A stretch of DNA of 64,000 nt from Candidatus Eremiobacteria bacterium (GCA_963758295.1 CAVWUU010000001.1:64001-128000), one strand, 5' to 3'; counted from the first letter of the stretch, positions 1-10,054 are shown. Translations and numbers: made by a program. The notes: generated by a model not told the origin, from the letters alone.

Positions 1-337
1 TGAGATCTCGCTTCGTGCGCATAGCGCGGCGCCGGGCGAGTTCTTCGCCGCCCGCAACCCGTTCGACAAAGTCGAGCCCCTGGTCGGTTGCCACCACACG
101 AACGGCTTCGTCGCCCGAAATTGCGCTTAGTTCGATGCCGCCCGACGCGAGCACCGACCGGAGGGCCGCCACTTGAACGCCGCTCGGCGCGTCTCCGAAG
201 GTGGCTGTGGCGCGTGTCCCGTGATAGAAGCCGGGGCGCTCGGCAATACGAGCTTCCAACTCGGCTAAAGCCGCGTCGAAATCCCGCCCAGCTAACATGA
301 CCTCGAGGCCGATGCCTCGTCCACGCAACAGCGTCAT
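1..337 (-). CDS. minC: Septum site-determining protein MinC, N-terminal part (runs off the window)
   Basis: Not in the ORF track. Manual minus-strand translation from ATG 337 gives MTLLRGRGIGLEVMLAGRDFDAALAELEARIAERPGFYHGTRATATFG..., open to position 1, resembling the MinC N-terminal domain. Confidence 0.6.
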   Translation of the reverse strand, partial: MTLLRGRGIGLEVMLAGRDFDAALAELEARIAERPGFYHGTRATATFGDAPSGVQVAALRSVLASGGIELSAISGDEAVRVVATDQGLDFVERVAGGEELARRRAMRTKRDL

Positions 338-365
338 CCGCCACGGGCTTCAGAAACCGCCCGCT

Positions 366-427
366 TTATCCCCTCGGGCATCCACAGAGATTCGCAAGTT
401 CTTGAGATTATCCACACGGCATACACA
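366..427 (+). promoter_or_regulatory. Cluster of DnaA-box-like 9-mers
   Basis: Perfect TTATCCACA at 408-416, plus TTATCCCCT 366-374, GCATCCACA 378-386 and GCATACACA 419-427, all in the same orientation. Confidence 0.55.
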
Positions 428-551
428 GGGCCGTAACGCCCGGGCCGTTTGACGCGTTCCTATCTAGCGAAGGGATCGTCTCTCACGATACCCTCAGGAT
501 TGTATACGGTAGAATAAGAGCATCATCGTGCACGTAAAGTTGGGTAGGCCT

Positions 552-2573
552 ATGTTTCGCCGCATCGTTCCCATCGCAGCGATCGTCTCGCTGCTCAGCG
601 CAAGCGTTCCGCTTCCAACGCAAGCGCTTTCGACGCAGACCGAGATTCAGCTCGGCCGCCAGAACGACGAGCAAATCGTTTCGAGCAGCGTCATCGAGAA
701 CGATCCGCTCCTGAACGCCTACGTCCAGTCGATTTCCGACAAAATTTGGAAGCAAGTCGCGCGTAAAGACGTTCCGTACAACATCAAGATCATCAAGGAC
801 AATCAAGTCAACGCGTTCTCGACGCTTGGCGGTTACGTGTACGTGTACGAAGGCCTAATCGACTTCGTGCAATCCGACGATGAACTTGCGGGCGTAATCG
901 GCCACGAAACGGGCCACATCGAACGCCGCCATACGGTGACGATGCAATCGAAGGCGCAGGCGATGAACATCCTCTTCGGCATTGCCTCGATCATGTCGCC
1001 CTTGATTTACAACTTCGGCAACTTGCTTGAAGCGGGCGCCATGGCGAAGATGCAGCGCGCCGACGAAATTCAAGCCGATCGCACGGGCCTACAGTTGATG
1101 TCGCGCGCCGGCTTCGATCCCGACAGCATGGAAACGATGACCGCGCATTTGGGCGTGCTCGAATCCGAGCATAGCGATTTGCTCACGAAATATCTTCAGG
1201 ACCACCCCGGGCCGAAAGCTCGCGTTTCGCACCTCGTGGGCTATCCCGAATTGGATCCGAAAGTCGTCACGGAACAAGAACGCGTCGTTCAAGCGGCAAG
1301 CGACGAAGAACGCGCCCGGTACAGCTTTGCGGACAGCAAGCTGACCGATATCCTCAAGGCCGACCCGGATAACGCGGAAGCACTTCTGCAACTTGGACAA
1401 GCGCAAATGGCGCTTGGCTTTACCAGCAAAAGCCAGCAGACGTTAGCGGAAGCGGCGCAAAAGGGCTCGCCGGAAACGCGCGCGGTTGCGAACCAACGCA
1501 TTGCGGCGTTGCGTCAAATGCAAGCGCAGCGTATCACCCTGGTGAAACCGAACCGGAACCGCCTGCGCGATTTGCTCGCAAACGCGCAATCGGCGCAGAA
1601 CGCGGCTTCGCAGCAGATCGTGGCCCGGCACGACGAAGGGCGCGACCAGCTCAAACAGATCAACGCGCGACTCGATGCGTTGCAATACGAGGTTCCGAAC
1701 TTCTACAACGTGAACGTTCAACGCGGCTCGCGGCTCGAGTCGGTCTTCAAAAACTTGAACTCGATGGCGCGCTCGATCAACAGCGCGATGGGCGATGCCG
1801 GCGATACGATCGGCGGCGTCGGGTCGCTCGAAAAGAACAAAGAATCGGGCTTATTGCGCGAGAGCCGTGACATTTTGAACGAGATGCAGGCACCGCTGGA
1901 CCTGCCCACGATTCCGGCCGACTCGCTCGCGATTCTGCCTTCGTATCCGTCGATGTTCGCCCAACTGCAAGAAGCCGACAGCGATATGGTTCGCAGCGTC
2001 GACGGCGCGCGCGCATCGATGACGACGCTCGATCAGTCGCTCGGCGATTTGGACGCGTTTTTCAAACAGCTCAACCGGGCGCCGCTGAACTTTCAGCACA
2101 ACGACATCACGGAAGACGCGTACAACGACCTCCTGCCGGTGATGCAAAAGGCCACCAACGGCTTCAACGAAGCCGCAACGGAAGCGTCGCAATCGGCGCA
2201 GCTCTTTAATATGGCGCGGACGCGGCAAATCTCGGCTCGAATCACAATGCTCGGGTTAGGAACATCGCCGCAGCGCTACGCGACGCTTCAATACGCCCTC
2301 AATCACCGGTACGGCGTCGAAGGCATCGATTACGAGACCATGCTTCGCGACAACCTGACGCCCGGCGACGTAACGGTCGCGGCGATCTTGGCGGCGGACA
2401 TCAAGAGTACGCCCAGCCTGATCGTGCAAGAGATGGTGAAGTCGAAGAAATCGGCAGTCGACGTCGCCGACGAACATGGCATGCACGCATGGCCGTTGGA
2501 GATTCTCACCGGCCTGATCTACCTCGACTACACGGACGACCCGCATAAGGAGATGGCTCCGAGCGCAACTTAA
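552..2573 (+). CDS. M48 family zinc metalloprotease (BepA-like) with TPR and long helical C-terminus, secreted
   Basis: Signal peptide; NAFSTLGGYVYVYEGL, HETGH (HExxH), EIQAD and HP motifs; TPR-like segment. ATG 552 preferred over GTG 528. Confidence 0.85.
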   Translation: MFRRIVPIAAIVSLLSASVPLPTQALSTQTEIQLGRQNDEQIVSSSVIENDPLLNAYVQSISDKIWKQVARKDVPYNIKIIKDNQVNAFSTLGGYVYVYEGLIDFVQSDDELAGVIGHETGHIERRHTVTMQSKAQAMNILFGIASIMSPLIYNFGNLLEAGAMAKMQRADEIQADRTGLQLMSRAGFDPDSMETMTAHLGVLESEHSDLLTKYLQDHPGPKARVSHLVGYPELDPKVVTEQERVVQAASDEERARYSFADSKLTDILKADPDNAEALLQLGQAQMALGFTSKSQQTLAEAAQKGSPETRAVANQRIAALRQMQAQRITLVKPNRNRLRDLLANAQSAQNAASQQIVARHDEGRDQLKQINARLDALQYEVPNFYNVNVQRGSRLESVFKNLNSMARSINSAMGDAGDTIGGVGSLEKNKESGLLRESRDILNEMQAPLDLPTIPADSLAILPSYPSMFAQLQEADSDMVRSVDGARASMTTLDQSLGDLDAFFKQLNRAPLNFQHNDITEDAYNDLLPVMQKATNGFNEAATEASQSAQLFNMARTRQISARITMLGLGTSPQRYATLQYALNHRYGVEGIDYETMLRDNLTPGDVTVAAILAADIKSTPSLIVQEMVKSKKSAVDVADEHGMHAWPLEILTGLIYLDYTDDPHKEMAPSAT

Positions 2574-2598
2574 CTCCGGCTGCGGGGTATAGGAAGGC

Positions 2599-3591
2599 AT
2601 GTCAACCGCGATCGGAGCCCGCGACCTCTTCCGCTTGGTGCGAAACGGCATCGACGTCAAAGCCGTGCACGCGCATGTACGCAAGCCGTTTCGTTTCCTG
2701 TTAAGCGGCGATCCGGCGTTGATTGCGGAGTTTCGCGCGCTGCTGCTCTCCGGACACGACGACGGCACGACCCCGTTAGACGCCGCAGCTTGCTTGGAAA
2801 CCGTTCCGGCCAGTGGGCCGCTTTTAACGGAGCCTTCCGAAGTTCGCGTCGTTATTTTTCTGGGCCGGCCGGGCGATCTTAACGGCGCGGACTTTCGCGC
2901 ATTCGCGACGCTCAAGGTTCCGGTTCTCGCCGTCACCGTCGACGCCGAGGCGCCGCAATCCGGACCGGCGGCGTTGCCCGCGCCCGGAACGCACGGTGAG
3001 TACGTCGTGCCGGGCATTGCGAAGGAAACACTGCGCGGGCGCGTTTTCCCACACATCGTCGAGGCCTCGAAAGGCGTAGAAATTGCGGTCGGCCGCCGGC
3101 TGCCGCCGTTGCGCGAGAGCGTTGCCGCGAAGCTCACGCGAGACGCCGCAAACAACGCGCTGAAGGTCGCGCTTGCCAGCGCCGTCGTCGATCATATTCC
3201 GGTCGTCGGCATCGTTCTCGGAGCGTTCGCCTCGGCCGGCGACATGGTCGCAATCACCGGAATCCAGATGATGCTGCTGCTGCACATTCAAGCGGCGTAC
3301 GGCAAAGATCCCGACGTCCAGCGCATGTGGCAGCTATTACCGGTCATAGGCGGCGGCTTCGGATGGCGTACGCTCGCCCGAGAACTGGTGGGCTTCGTTC
3401 CGGTAGCGGGGATCGCGATAAAGGGTGCAATCGCCTACGCCGGCACGATCGTCGTCGGCGAAGGCGTGACGTTCTTCTTAGAACACGGCCGCCACATGAG
3501 TAAGGGCCAGGCCTCGCAAATTTACGACCGCACGAAAGAAGACGCGATGCGTTTTGCGCGCGAGTTCGTTACGAAGTTCAAAAGTAGCTAG
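2599..3591 (+). CDS. DUF697/YcjF-like membrane-associated protein
   Basis: C-terminal IPVVG...DMVAITGIQMMLLLHIQAAYG and FVPVAGIAIKGAIAYAGT pattern; AGGAAGG RBS. Confidence 0.6.
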   Translation: MSTAIGARDLFRLVRNGIDVKAVHAHVRKPFRFLLSGDPALIAEFRALLLSGHDDGTTPLDAAACLETVPASGPLLTEPSEVRVVIFLGRPGDLNGADFRAFATLKVPVLAVTVDAEAPQSGPAALPAPGTHGEYVVPGIAKETLRGRVFPHIVEASKGVEIAVGRRLPPLRESVAAKLTRDAANNALKVALASAVVDHIPVVGIVLGAFASAGDMVAITGIQMMLLLHIQAAYGKDPDVQRMWQLLPVIGGGFGWRTLARELVGFVPVAGIAIKGAIAYAGTIVVGEGVTFFLEHGRHMSKGQASQIYDRTKEDAMRFAREFVTKFKSS

Positions 3592-4337
3592 AGCCGTTCC
3601 AAGAGCGATTCGTCGTCGAGCCGCTGCAAGTCGGCCGGCAGCCGCTCGCGCACACGCCGGGCAATTTGCGACGCCAGCGCCGCACGGCGGTTCGCGTCCA
3701 AAACGTCTCGGCGATCGAGGAAACGCTTCACGAGTGCGCGTTCTTCACCGCTCAAATACGCCGTAGCGGAGTACTGCGGCTCGCTCACGATAGTTCGAAG
3801 GAACTCTTCGGGCCGTTGCATTCGTGCATCGCGCACGACGATGGTGCCCGCCGCAACGTCGCCGACGCGTTTGTTTTCAGGCGAGAGAATGGCAACGAGC
3901 GCGGAGATCGCATAGAACCCCAAGGCCAGCTCGCCGACACGAATCAAATTGCGCACCAGCGACGCCGTAAAGTCGATAGGATACCCGCCGTCACGAACGA
4001 CGCGCAATCCGAGCGCGCGTTTTCCCGGCGTCTGACCGTTCCACAGCGCCTCGAAGACGATGAAATACCCGAAAAACACTACGAACACGATGGTGACGAC
4101 GATCGCGATAACGAGATTTCTCACCAGCCTCGTTTCAGCCGCTGCGCTCTTCACTAGATGATCGTGCCCCGCCGACTGATGCGTGCCGATGAGATAAAAC
4201 CCCCAGAAAAGTAAGACAACGATGCCGGCTTGAATGGCGAGGTCGATGGCTACGGCCAAGAACCGGCTCCCGATCCCCGCAAGCTCGAAAGAGAAGGCGA
4301 TGCTTTCCGGGGTGCGGACGTCGAGGGTTCGATCCAT
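3588..4337 (-). CDS. RDD family membrane protein
   Basis: TPE..LAGIGSRFLAVAID, GQTPGKRALGLRVV, KRVGDVAAGTIVV; start taken at MDRTLDV (4337). Confidence 0.9.
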   Translation of the reverse strand: MDRTLDVRTPESIAFSFELAGIGSRFLAVAIDLAIQAGIVVLLFWGFYLIGTHQSAGHDHLVKSAAAETRLVRNLVIAIVVTIVFVVFFGYFIVFEALWNGQTPGKRALGLRVVRDGGYPIDFTASLVRNLIRVGELALGFYAISALVAILSPENKRVGDVAAGTIVVRDARMQRPEEFLRTIVSEPQYSATAYLSGEERALVKRFLDRRDVLDANRRAALASQIARRVRERLPADLQRLDDESLLERL

Positions 4338-4358
4338 GCGCGAGAGTACTTGGAACGC

Positions 4359-5339
4359 GTGACGCAAGCCACCTTCGTGAGAGTTCGCGGCGCGACGTGG
4401 GAGCAATTGGAAACGCTCCTGCGCCGGGCAAGGCGCGGTCTTAACCGGCTCTCACCCGAGGAAGTGGAGTCTTTCGGTCGTTTGTACCGCGCCATAACGA
4501 GCGACCTCGCCTACGCGCGGGGACGAAACTATGATTCGCGCCTGCTCGCGTACCTGAATCGATTGACCGCGCGCGCGCATGCCTATGTGTATGCGGGGGA
4601 CACCGTGACCGGGGCGGCACGTATCGTCCGGTTCTATACGCAAACGTTTCCGCGCGAATTCCGGCGGTCTTTTCTTCCGGTTGCGCTCTGCACGTTGCTC
4701 ACGGTGGCGTGCGCGGTCGTAGGATACGTCGTCATAAGCGTCCATCCGCAAGATGCGTACGCACTTTTGCCGGATCAGATCGTCCCGCCGCACATCCGCA
4801 AGAGCTTGCACGACTCGAACTTTGCGTTTGACCCGCTGCAGTCGCCGCTGATGTCTTCGGAAATTATTACCAACAACATCAAGGTTGCCGTGTTCGCATT
4901 CGCCGGTTGCGTTACGCTCGGCATCGGGACGCTGTGGATTCTCATATCGAACGGCGTGATGCTCGGCGGTGAAGGAGCGCTGTTCGCCAACGCCGGCTTT
5001 GGAAGCGACTTCTGGGCGACGGTCGCGCCGCACGGCGTGATCGAGTTGACCGCCATTCAGATCGCCGGTGCGGCGGGACTGCTTATTGCCGCCGGAATCG
5101 TTGCTCCCGGGCGCCTGCGACGTTCCGATGCCATCAAGGCTTACGCGCAGCGCGCCGGCACCCTCATCGCCGGCGTTGCTTCAATGCTCGTCGTGGCCGG
5201 AACCATCGAAGGGTTCTTTTCACCGCTGCGCCTGCCGCCCGCGCCGCGAATTGCCTTCGGCGCCGTTACCGCGGTTCTGCTGATTCTGTACTTCACGCTC
5301 GCCGGACGCGAACGAATTACAATAGACCGCGCTGCTTGA
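4359..5339 (+). CDS. Stage II sporulation protein M (DUF95) family membrane protein
   Basis: LYRAITSDLAYAR, IITNNIKVA, PHGVIELTAI, AGTIEGFFS; GTG start at 4359. Confidence 0.9.
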   Translation: MTQATFVRVRGATWEQLETLLRRARRGLNRLSPEEVESFGRLYRAITSDLAYARGRNYDSRLLAYLNRLTARAHAYVYAGDTVTGAARIVRFYTQTFPREFRRSFLPVALCTLLTVACAVVGYVVISVHPQDAYALLPDQIVPPHIRKSLHDSNFAFDPLQSPLMSSEIITNNIKVAVFAFAGCVTLGIGTLWILISNGVMLGGEGALFANAGFGSDFWATVAPHGVIELTAIQIAGAAGLLIAAGIVAPGRLRRSDAIKAYAQRAGTLIAGVASMLVVAGTIEGFFSPLRLPPAPRIAFGAVTAVLLILYFTLAGRERITIDRAA

Positions 5340-6648
5340 TTCGCAGATACTCGTCGATCGTTGCGACGGCGAGTTGCGAGGCCGGGACGTCCAACACCGT
5401 GATGCCGGTCCGCGTCAACACTGACGAAGCCTGCGCGCGTTCTTGCGCGAGTCCGATCGCCACGTCCAGTTCATAAGCTTGCTCGATGCGTTCGGGAGTC
5501 GAGGACAGCGCCCGTGCAACGGCACGATCGTTCATGAATACACAAAGCACAACGTGGCGCTTTGCAAGCGAAGCGAGTTCGGCCAGGACGGTGCTTTGCG
5601 CGACGGGATCGATCACGTCGGTGAAAAGCACGATCAAGCTGCGGCGGTGCAGGTGCGAGCGAAGGTACGATGCGGCGCGGGCGTAGTCCGATTCCTCGAA
5701 CCGCGGTTCAAGATCGCAAACCGCATTGGTAAGCGCGTTGATCGAGGCGGCGGTGGAGCGGGGAGCGCGTGCCACCAGCATATCTGCTGCAAACGCCGTA
5801 ATTCCGACGCGGTCGTGCGCAAGCGAGGCGATCGATGCAAGTGAAAGCGCCGCCGTTACTGCATAATCCAGCTTGCGGCGATCTCCTAAGCGGGCCGTCA
5901 TCAGCCGTCCGCAATCGATGGCGAGCATCAAATCTTGGCTGCGCTCGATTTCGTGTTGCGCAACCATCAGTTTCCCGCGTCGAGCCGTAGCTTTCCAATC
6001 GACGGCGCGAAACGCATCGCCGGCTGCGAATTCTCGCAAGCTTTCGAATTCCGTTCCGCCGCCGCGCAGGCGTAAACGCCGCAATCCGGCTTCCAGCAGA
6101 CGGTTGCGCACGTGCAGGGCGCCGTATCGTTCCACGGCTGAAAGATCTGGATAGACGCGAAACTCTTGCGCCGACGAAATCCTCACGCGCCGGCGAATCA
6201 ACCCCAAGGCATTGTCGTACCAAAGGATGAGCGCCGTAAACGCGCCTGTGCCTCGCGCCACGGGCGTCGCCGCCGTTTCGATGCGAGCGACGGTCCGAGG
6301 CGGAACGCGGAGAAACGGCGTACGTTCGGCAGGTTGTAAGGTTCGCGTGGGTAGTTCGACGACGGCGCAACGCAGGGCAACCGCCGATGCATTCTCCAGC
6401 TCATAAGCGATCGTTGCGGGAATCGCTAAGGCGAAGTGCGGCGGAACGACTCGTTTCACGGTGACGGTGTTGCGGCGCGGGCCAAGAAACGCATCGAGCA
6501 CGGTTGCCGTTGCGAGCGCGGATGCCGCGACGCCGGCGACCCAGACAAAAGCGGGCACGCCGGGTGAACAGGCCAGGAGAAACGCTATCGTGCCGAGCGC
6601 CCAGTAAAAGCGCGGCGCGAACCAAAGCCGCGGAATGAATTTAGTCAC
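5317..6648 (-). CDS. DUF58 domain protein (vWA-like MoxR partner)
   Basis: GTEFESLREFAAGDAFRAVDWKATAR; DCGRLM motif. Confidence 0.9.
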   Translation of the reverse strand: MTKFIPRLWFAPRFYWALGTIAFLLACSPGVPAFVWVAGVAASALATATVLDAFLGPRRNTVTVKRVVPPHFALAIPATIAYELENASAVALRCAVVELPTRTLQPAERTPFLRVPPRTVARIETAATPVARGTGAFTALILWYDNALGLIRRRVRISSAQEFRVYPDLSAVERYGALHVRNRLLEAGLRRLRLRGGGTEFESLREFAAGDAFRAVDWKATARRGKLMVAQHEIERSQDLMLAIDCGRLMTARLGDRRKLDYAVTAALSLASIASLAHDRVGITAFAADMLVARAPRSTAASINALTNAVCDLEPRFEESDYARAASYLRSHLHRRSLIVLFTDVIDPVAQSTVLAELASLAKRHVVLCVFMNDRAVARALSSTPERIEQAYELDVAIGLAQERAQASSVLTRTGITVLDVPASQLAVATIDEYLRIKQRGLL

Positions 6649-7606
6649 GGGGAACCGGCACAGCGCGCAGCACTTCCGCCAAAACGGCAGCGGCGTCTAC
6701 GCCTTCGATCTCCGCTTCGGGCTGCACGATCAGTCGATGCGGAATGACGAGCGGTGCTACGTCCTTCACGTCGTCCGGGGTGACGAAGTCGCGGCCCTCC
6801 ATAGCCGCCGCCGCCTGCGACGCATGCAGCAACGCCACGCTCGCGCGCGGCGAAGCTCCGAGTGCAAGACGCGGAGTCGCACGCGTCGCAGCGACGATCT
6901 GGTAGAGATACTTTTGGAGTTCCCGAGCTACGTGCACGTTGCGAACTGCCGCCTGCGCTTGGACAATGTCAGCCGCGGACGCTACCGCGGCGATGCCGGA
7001 GAGGTCCAGCGCACGAGCATCAAAGCCGCCGGCCACGCGCCCAAGTAAGTCCAGCTCTTCCTCTTCGGCGGGATACGACGAACGAAACTTGATCGTAAAC
7101 CGGTCGAGCTGAGCTTCCGGCAGCGGATAAGTTCCTTCGTATTCGATCGGGTTTTGCGTTGCGCAAACCATGAAGGGTGACGGCAGTGCCATGGGATCGC
7201 CGTCGATCGTCACCTGGGCTTCTTCCATCGCTTCGAGCAACGCGGCCTGCGTTTTGGGGGGAGTCCGATTGATCTCGTCCGCCAGCACGATATTCGCGTC
7301 GATTGGACCGCGCCGCACGCTGAATTCCCCGGTGTGCGGATTGAAGACCGTCGTGCCGAGCACGTCGGCCGGCATCAGGTCCGGCGTGAACTGAATGCGC
7401 CGGAAGTCCAGCCCAAGCGCCGCCGCGAACGCTCGCACGGCGAGCGTTTTCCCCGTTCCCGGGACGCCTTCGATAAGCACGTGGCCTTTCGTCAGCAAAA
7501 CCGCGAGCAACGCGAAAGACGCCTTCTCGCCGCCGACAAGCGCGCGCCCAACTTCGGTGCGAACCCGCTCCGCCAGCATCTGAACGCCCGCGATTTGTGT
7601 GTCCAC
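6641..7606 (-). CDS. moxR: MoxR family AAA+ ATPase
   Basis: GHVLIEGVPGTGKT, RIQFTPDLMPAD, LADEINR, TQNPIEYEGTYPLPEAQLDRF; GTG start overlaps the upstream TAG, after a GAAAGGAAGG RBS. Confidence 0.95.
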   Translation of the reverse strand: MDTQIAGVQMLAERVRTEVGRALVGGEKASFALLAVLLTKGHVLIEGVPGTGKTLAVRAFAAALGLDFRRIQFTPDLMPADVLGTTVFNPHTGEFSVRRGPIDANIVLADEINRTPPKTQAALLEAMEEAQVTIDGDPMALPSPFMVCATQNPIEYEGTYPLPEAQLDRFTIKFRSSYPAEEEELDLLGRVAGGFDARALDLSGIAAVASAADIVQAQAAVRNVHVARELQKYLYQIVAATRATPRLALGASPRASVALLHASQAAAAMEGRDFVTPDDVKDVAPLVIPHRLIVQPEAEIEGVDAAAVLAEVLRAVPVPRD

Positions 7607-8490
7607 TAGCCTTCCTTTCGGATCCATGCGTAGAGGCGCGCCGCGTGCAGAACCGCGGCGTCACCGGGATTGCGTCGCTGCGCAAGCTGTTGCAAGTCCT
7701 GAAGTTTCGATTGCGTTTCGGCGTGGTGCGTGCGCGGGTGCGCGCGCGCAGCATCTTCCGCAAACCGCGCGATAGCGGCTCGCCCGGCGCGCCCGCGCCT
7801 CAGCATCGTCGCCATCGAGCGAATGTACGACGAAGAGTCTCGTTCTTGCGGCAGCTCCAGCGTATCCGGCGGTAAGATTCGCACGTTAGCGTCGATGAGC
7901 ATCAAAACCAGGATAGCCGCCGCTATCCAAACCGCGGCGTGCACGGTTTGGGGAAGCGCTGCCCAAAAGCTTCGGTCCTGAACGTAGCCATGAAGCCGCT
8001 CATCAAAGAGCACGGTCCCGCGTCCCGCCACGGCGCCATACACGGCAAGCGCGGCGGCGGGATTGCGCGCAAGGGCCGCGTTCGTATACCGCGCGGGATC
8101 GAAGCGGATCGCCATTTTCCCAAGCGTTCTTGCGAGCGTTGAACCGCGCTCGGCGAACACCAGCACGCGCCCGTGTTTAGCGAAATCCTTCAACTGCTCC
8201 ACGTCACTCGAATCCAACGAACCGTATGGAGCGCCGGCCAAACGTTCGCGGCTCGTTTCGGTAATCGCGACGACGCCCGCCTGCGACACAAGCGCCAGCT
8301 GCGTTTCCAATCGCGCAACGGGGATCCGTTCGCGCGTCAAGACACCGTATAACGCTCGATATCCGTCCGGTCCGCCATCGTACGTGGAATAGACGGAAAC
8401 GTTTCCTCGAGGATGTTGCAAGACCGCAACCGCGATGAGAATCGCAAAAGCGGCGAAAAGCGCGATCGTTTCCCCAAATCGAAATTTCAC
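7606..8490 (-). CDS. DUF4350 domain membrane protein
   Basis: TM helix then STYDGGPDGYRALY, and LFDERLHGY; GTG start 8490 overlaps the upstream TGA. The longer ORF-track start is probably spurious. Confidence 0.7.
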   Translation of the reverse strand: MKFRFGETIALFAAFAILIAVAVLQHPRGNVSVYSTYDGGPDGYRALYGVLTRERIPVARLETQLALVSQAGVVAITETSRERLAGAPYGSLDSSDVEQLKDFAKHGRVLVFAERGSTLARTLGKMAIRFDPARYTNAALARNPAAALAVYGAVAGRGTVLFDERLHGYVQDRSFWAALPQTVHAAVWIAAAILVLMLIDANVRILPPDTLELPQERDSSSYIRSMATMLRRGRAGRAAIARFAEDAARAHPRTHHAETQSKLQDLQQLAQRRNPGDAAVLHAARLYAWIRKEG

Positions 8491-9092
8491 GCGCGCACTC
8501 GCTCGGCGAGCCGTTGATAGGCCAGTTCGGTCCGTTGCCAAAGGGTGATGTCGACGGGTTTCTCTGCATATGCAGCGTCGGTATACGCGCGTGCAAGATC
8601 TACAAACGAGTCTTCCGCTCCGGGAACCCGTCCGCGCAACACCCGGCGAACGTCTTTGATGGTTGCGCTTGCGTCGTCGGCGACCACTCCGCGGACGTCC
8701 AGCAACGCGATTGCCGCTGCGAATAAAAACCGTACCGCCTCCGCATATTTTTCCGCCTCCGCAGCCGTGCGCGCTTGCGCCAGTAGCGCGTAGGCGCTCT
8801 GCGAGGGAGTGCCGAGGGCGTACACGGCGACTCGACGTTCGCGCGAGAGTTGAAGCGCCGCCAATAGCCGCGAAACGGCAAGCGCGATTACCACGACACA
8901 GAACAATACGACTACGTCGCCGGCAATTGACGCCGAATGCGCGTTCACGCGCAAGTGCGGAAGAAAGCGGTGCGCAAACTGCGTCCATCGATCTCCCAGC
9001 CACATCGCAAAAAGCTGCCACCACGTTGGGTGCGCTTGCGGGCCCGCTACGCGCAAGTGGTAACGGCCGGGGACGGCAAGTTCGGCCCGCAC
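8487..9092 (-). CDS. DUF4129 domain protein
   Basis: YAEAVRFLF...SATIKDV...YTDAAYAEKP pattern; expected position in the MoxR module; start uncertain. Confidence 0.7.
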   Translation of the reverse strand: MRAELAVPGRYHLRVAGPQAHPTWWQLFAMWLGDRWTQFAHRFLPHLRVNAHSASIAGDVVVLFCVVVIALAVSRLLAALQLSRERRVAVYALGTPSQSAYALLAQARTAAEAEKYAEAVRFLFAAAIALLDVRGVVADDASATIKDVRRVLRGRVPGAEDSFVDLARAYTDAAYAEKPVDITLWQRTELAYQRLAERVRA

Positions 9093-9118
9093 CGCCGAAA
9101 CGATGTCTTGCGGAGGAG

Positions 9119-10054
9119 CTAAGGCGTGCTTAGACGTTGGAGCGCGACCTCGAGATCGAGGCCTTCCGCGCGGGTGCGCACGTCGAAGTAATACACGGCG
9201 ATGACGATGGTCAGAAACGCGGTCAGCGCACTGGACACCAGCGCGTTCACGATCAGCTCGATCGCCAGTTGATGGACGGTTGCCATCAGTAATAGACTCA
9301 CGGTCGTACTGATCATCAGCACGCCAAACTCGAGCGCAACGTATGAAAGCGCGATGAGGAGCGATTTGCCGATCTCGCGCCGGTTGAAGATTCGGCGAAA
9401 CGCCGTGCCGACAGCGGAGGCTGCTCCCATTCCTTCAAGTGCCGCCGAGTACGTTGCAAAAGCGTACGAAAGAAACAGCAACAGAAAGAGCGCCGACACG
9501 GCAAGCACGGCGATGGCTAGAAGCACGAACAACAAAACCGCAAGAGGCAGCGCGGGCTTGATCGCCAGAACAGCCACTACGCCGATGAGGATGAGTGCTG
9601 TAAGCGATGCGACGTAAACGCCGACGATTATGCACAATTCCAAAAGAGCGGCGCCCAAAATCTGCGGCCATCTCGGCAGCACCGCAAGAAAGCTTTCACG
9701 GTAATTGGGACGCTGCTCATTATACGCGGCTGCGACGCCCGCGGCGCCGGCGGCCGCCACAATCGGCGAAAGCAGCACTAACGCTACCATCGCGGCTCCG
9801 AATATCGCCAGCGACTTTCCCGAAAACGCTGCGTCTTTTGTGTGTTTTTCCGGATGCTCGATTTGATCGATCGTTTGCGCCAGGCCGGCGTTCTTAGCCG
9901 GCGACACGGCGTACTGCACCAGGCTGTATGGCGCCAAGATCGTGAGCACCATCAAGGTGAAGACCGCGAAATTACGGACATAGATCGTTACGGCCCGGTC
10001 GAAGATCTCTCCGATGCCGAGCGCGCGCAAGGGATAATTCGGCGCCGATTCCAT
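9119..10054 (-). CDS. Multi-pass membrane protein of the MoxR module
   Basis: LRALGIGEIFDRAVTIY N-terminus and YFDVRTRAEGLDL C-terminus are typical of this family. Confidence 0.75.
   Translation of the reverse strand: MESAPNYPLRALGIGEIFDRAVTIYVRNFAVFTLMVLTILAPYSLVQYAVSPAKNAGLAQTIDQIEHPEKHTKDAAFSGKSLAIFGAAMVALVLLSPIVAAAGAAGVAAAYNEQRPNYRESFLAVLPRWPQILGAALLELCIIVGVYVASLTALILIGVVAVLAIKPALPLAVLLFVLLAIAVLAVSALFLLLFLSYAFATYSAALEGMGAASAVGTAFRRIFNRREIGKSLLIALSYVALEFGVLMISTTVSLLLMATVHQLAIELIVNALVSSALTAFLTIVIAVYYFDVRTRAEGLDLEVALQRLSTP

Noticed and set aside
88..300. 70-aa plus-strand ORF
   Set aside because: Arg-rich shadow of the minus-strand minC-like frame.
338..527. Possible replication origin
   Set aside because: Only one perfect DnaA box, no AT-rich unwinding region and no dnaA/dnaN nearby.
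8491..9024. Long N-terminal extension of the DUF4350 ORF
   Set aside because: Overlaps the DUF4129 gene in another frame; GTG 8490 with a stop/start overlap is more plausible.
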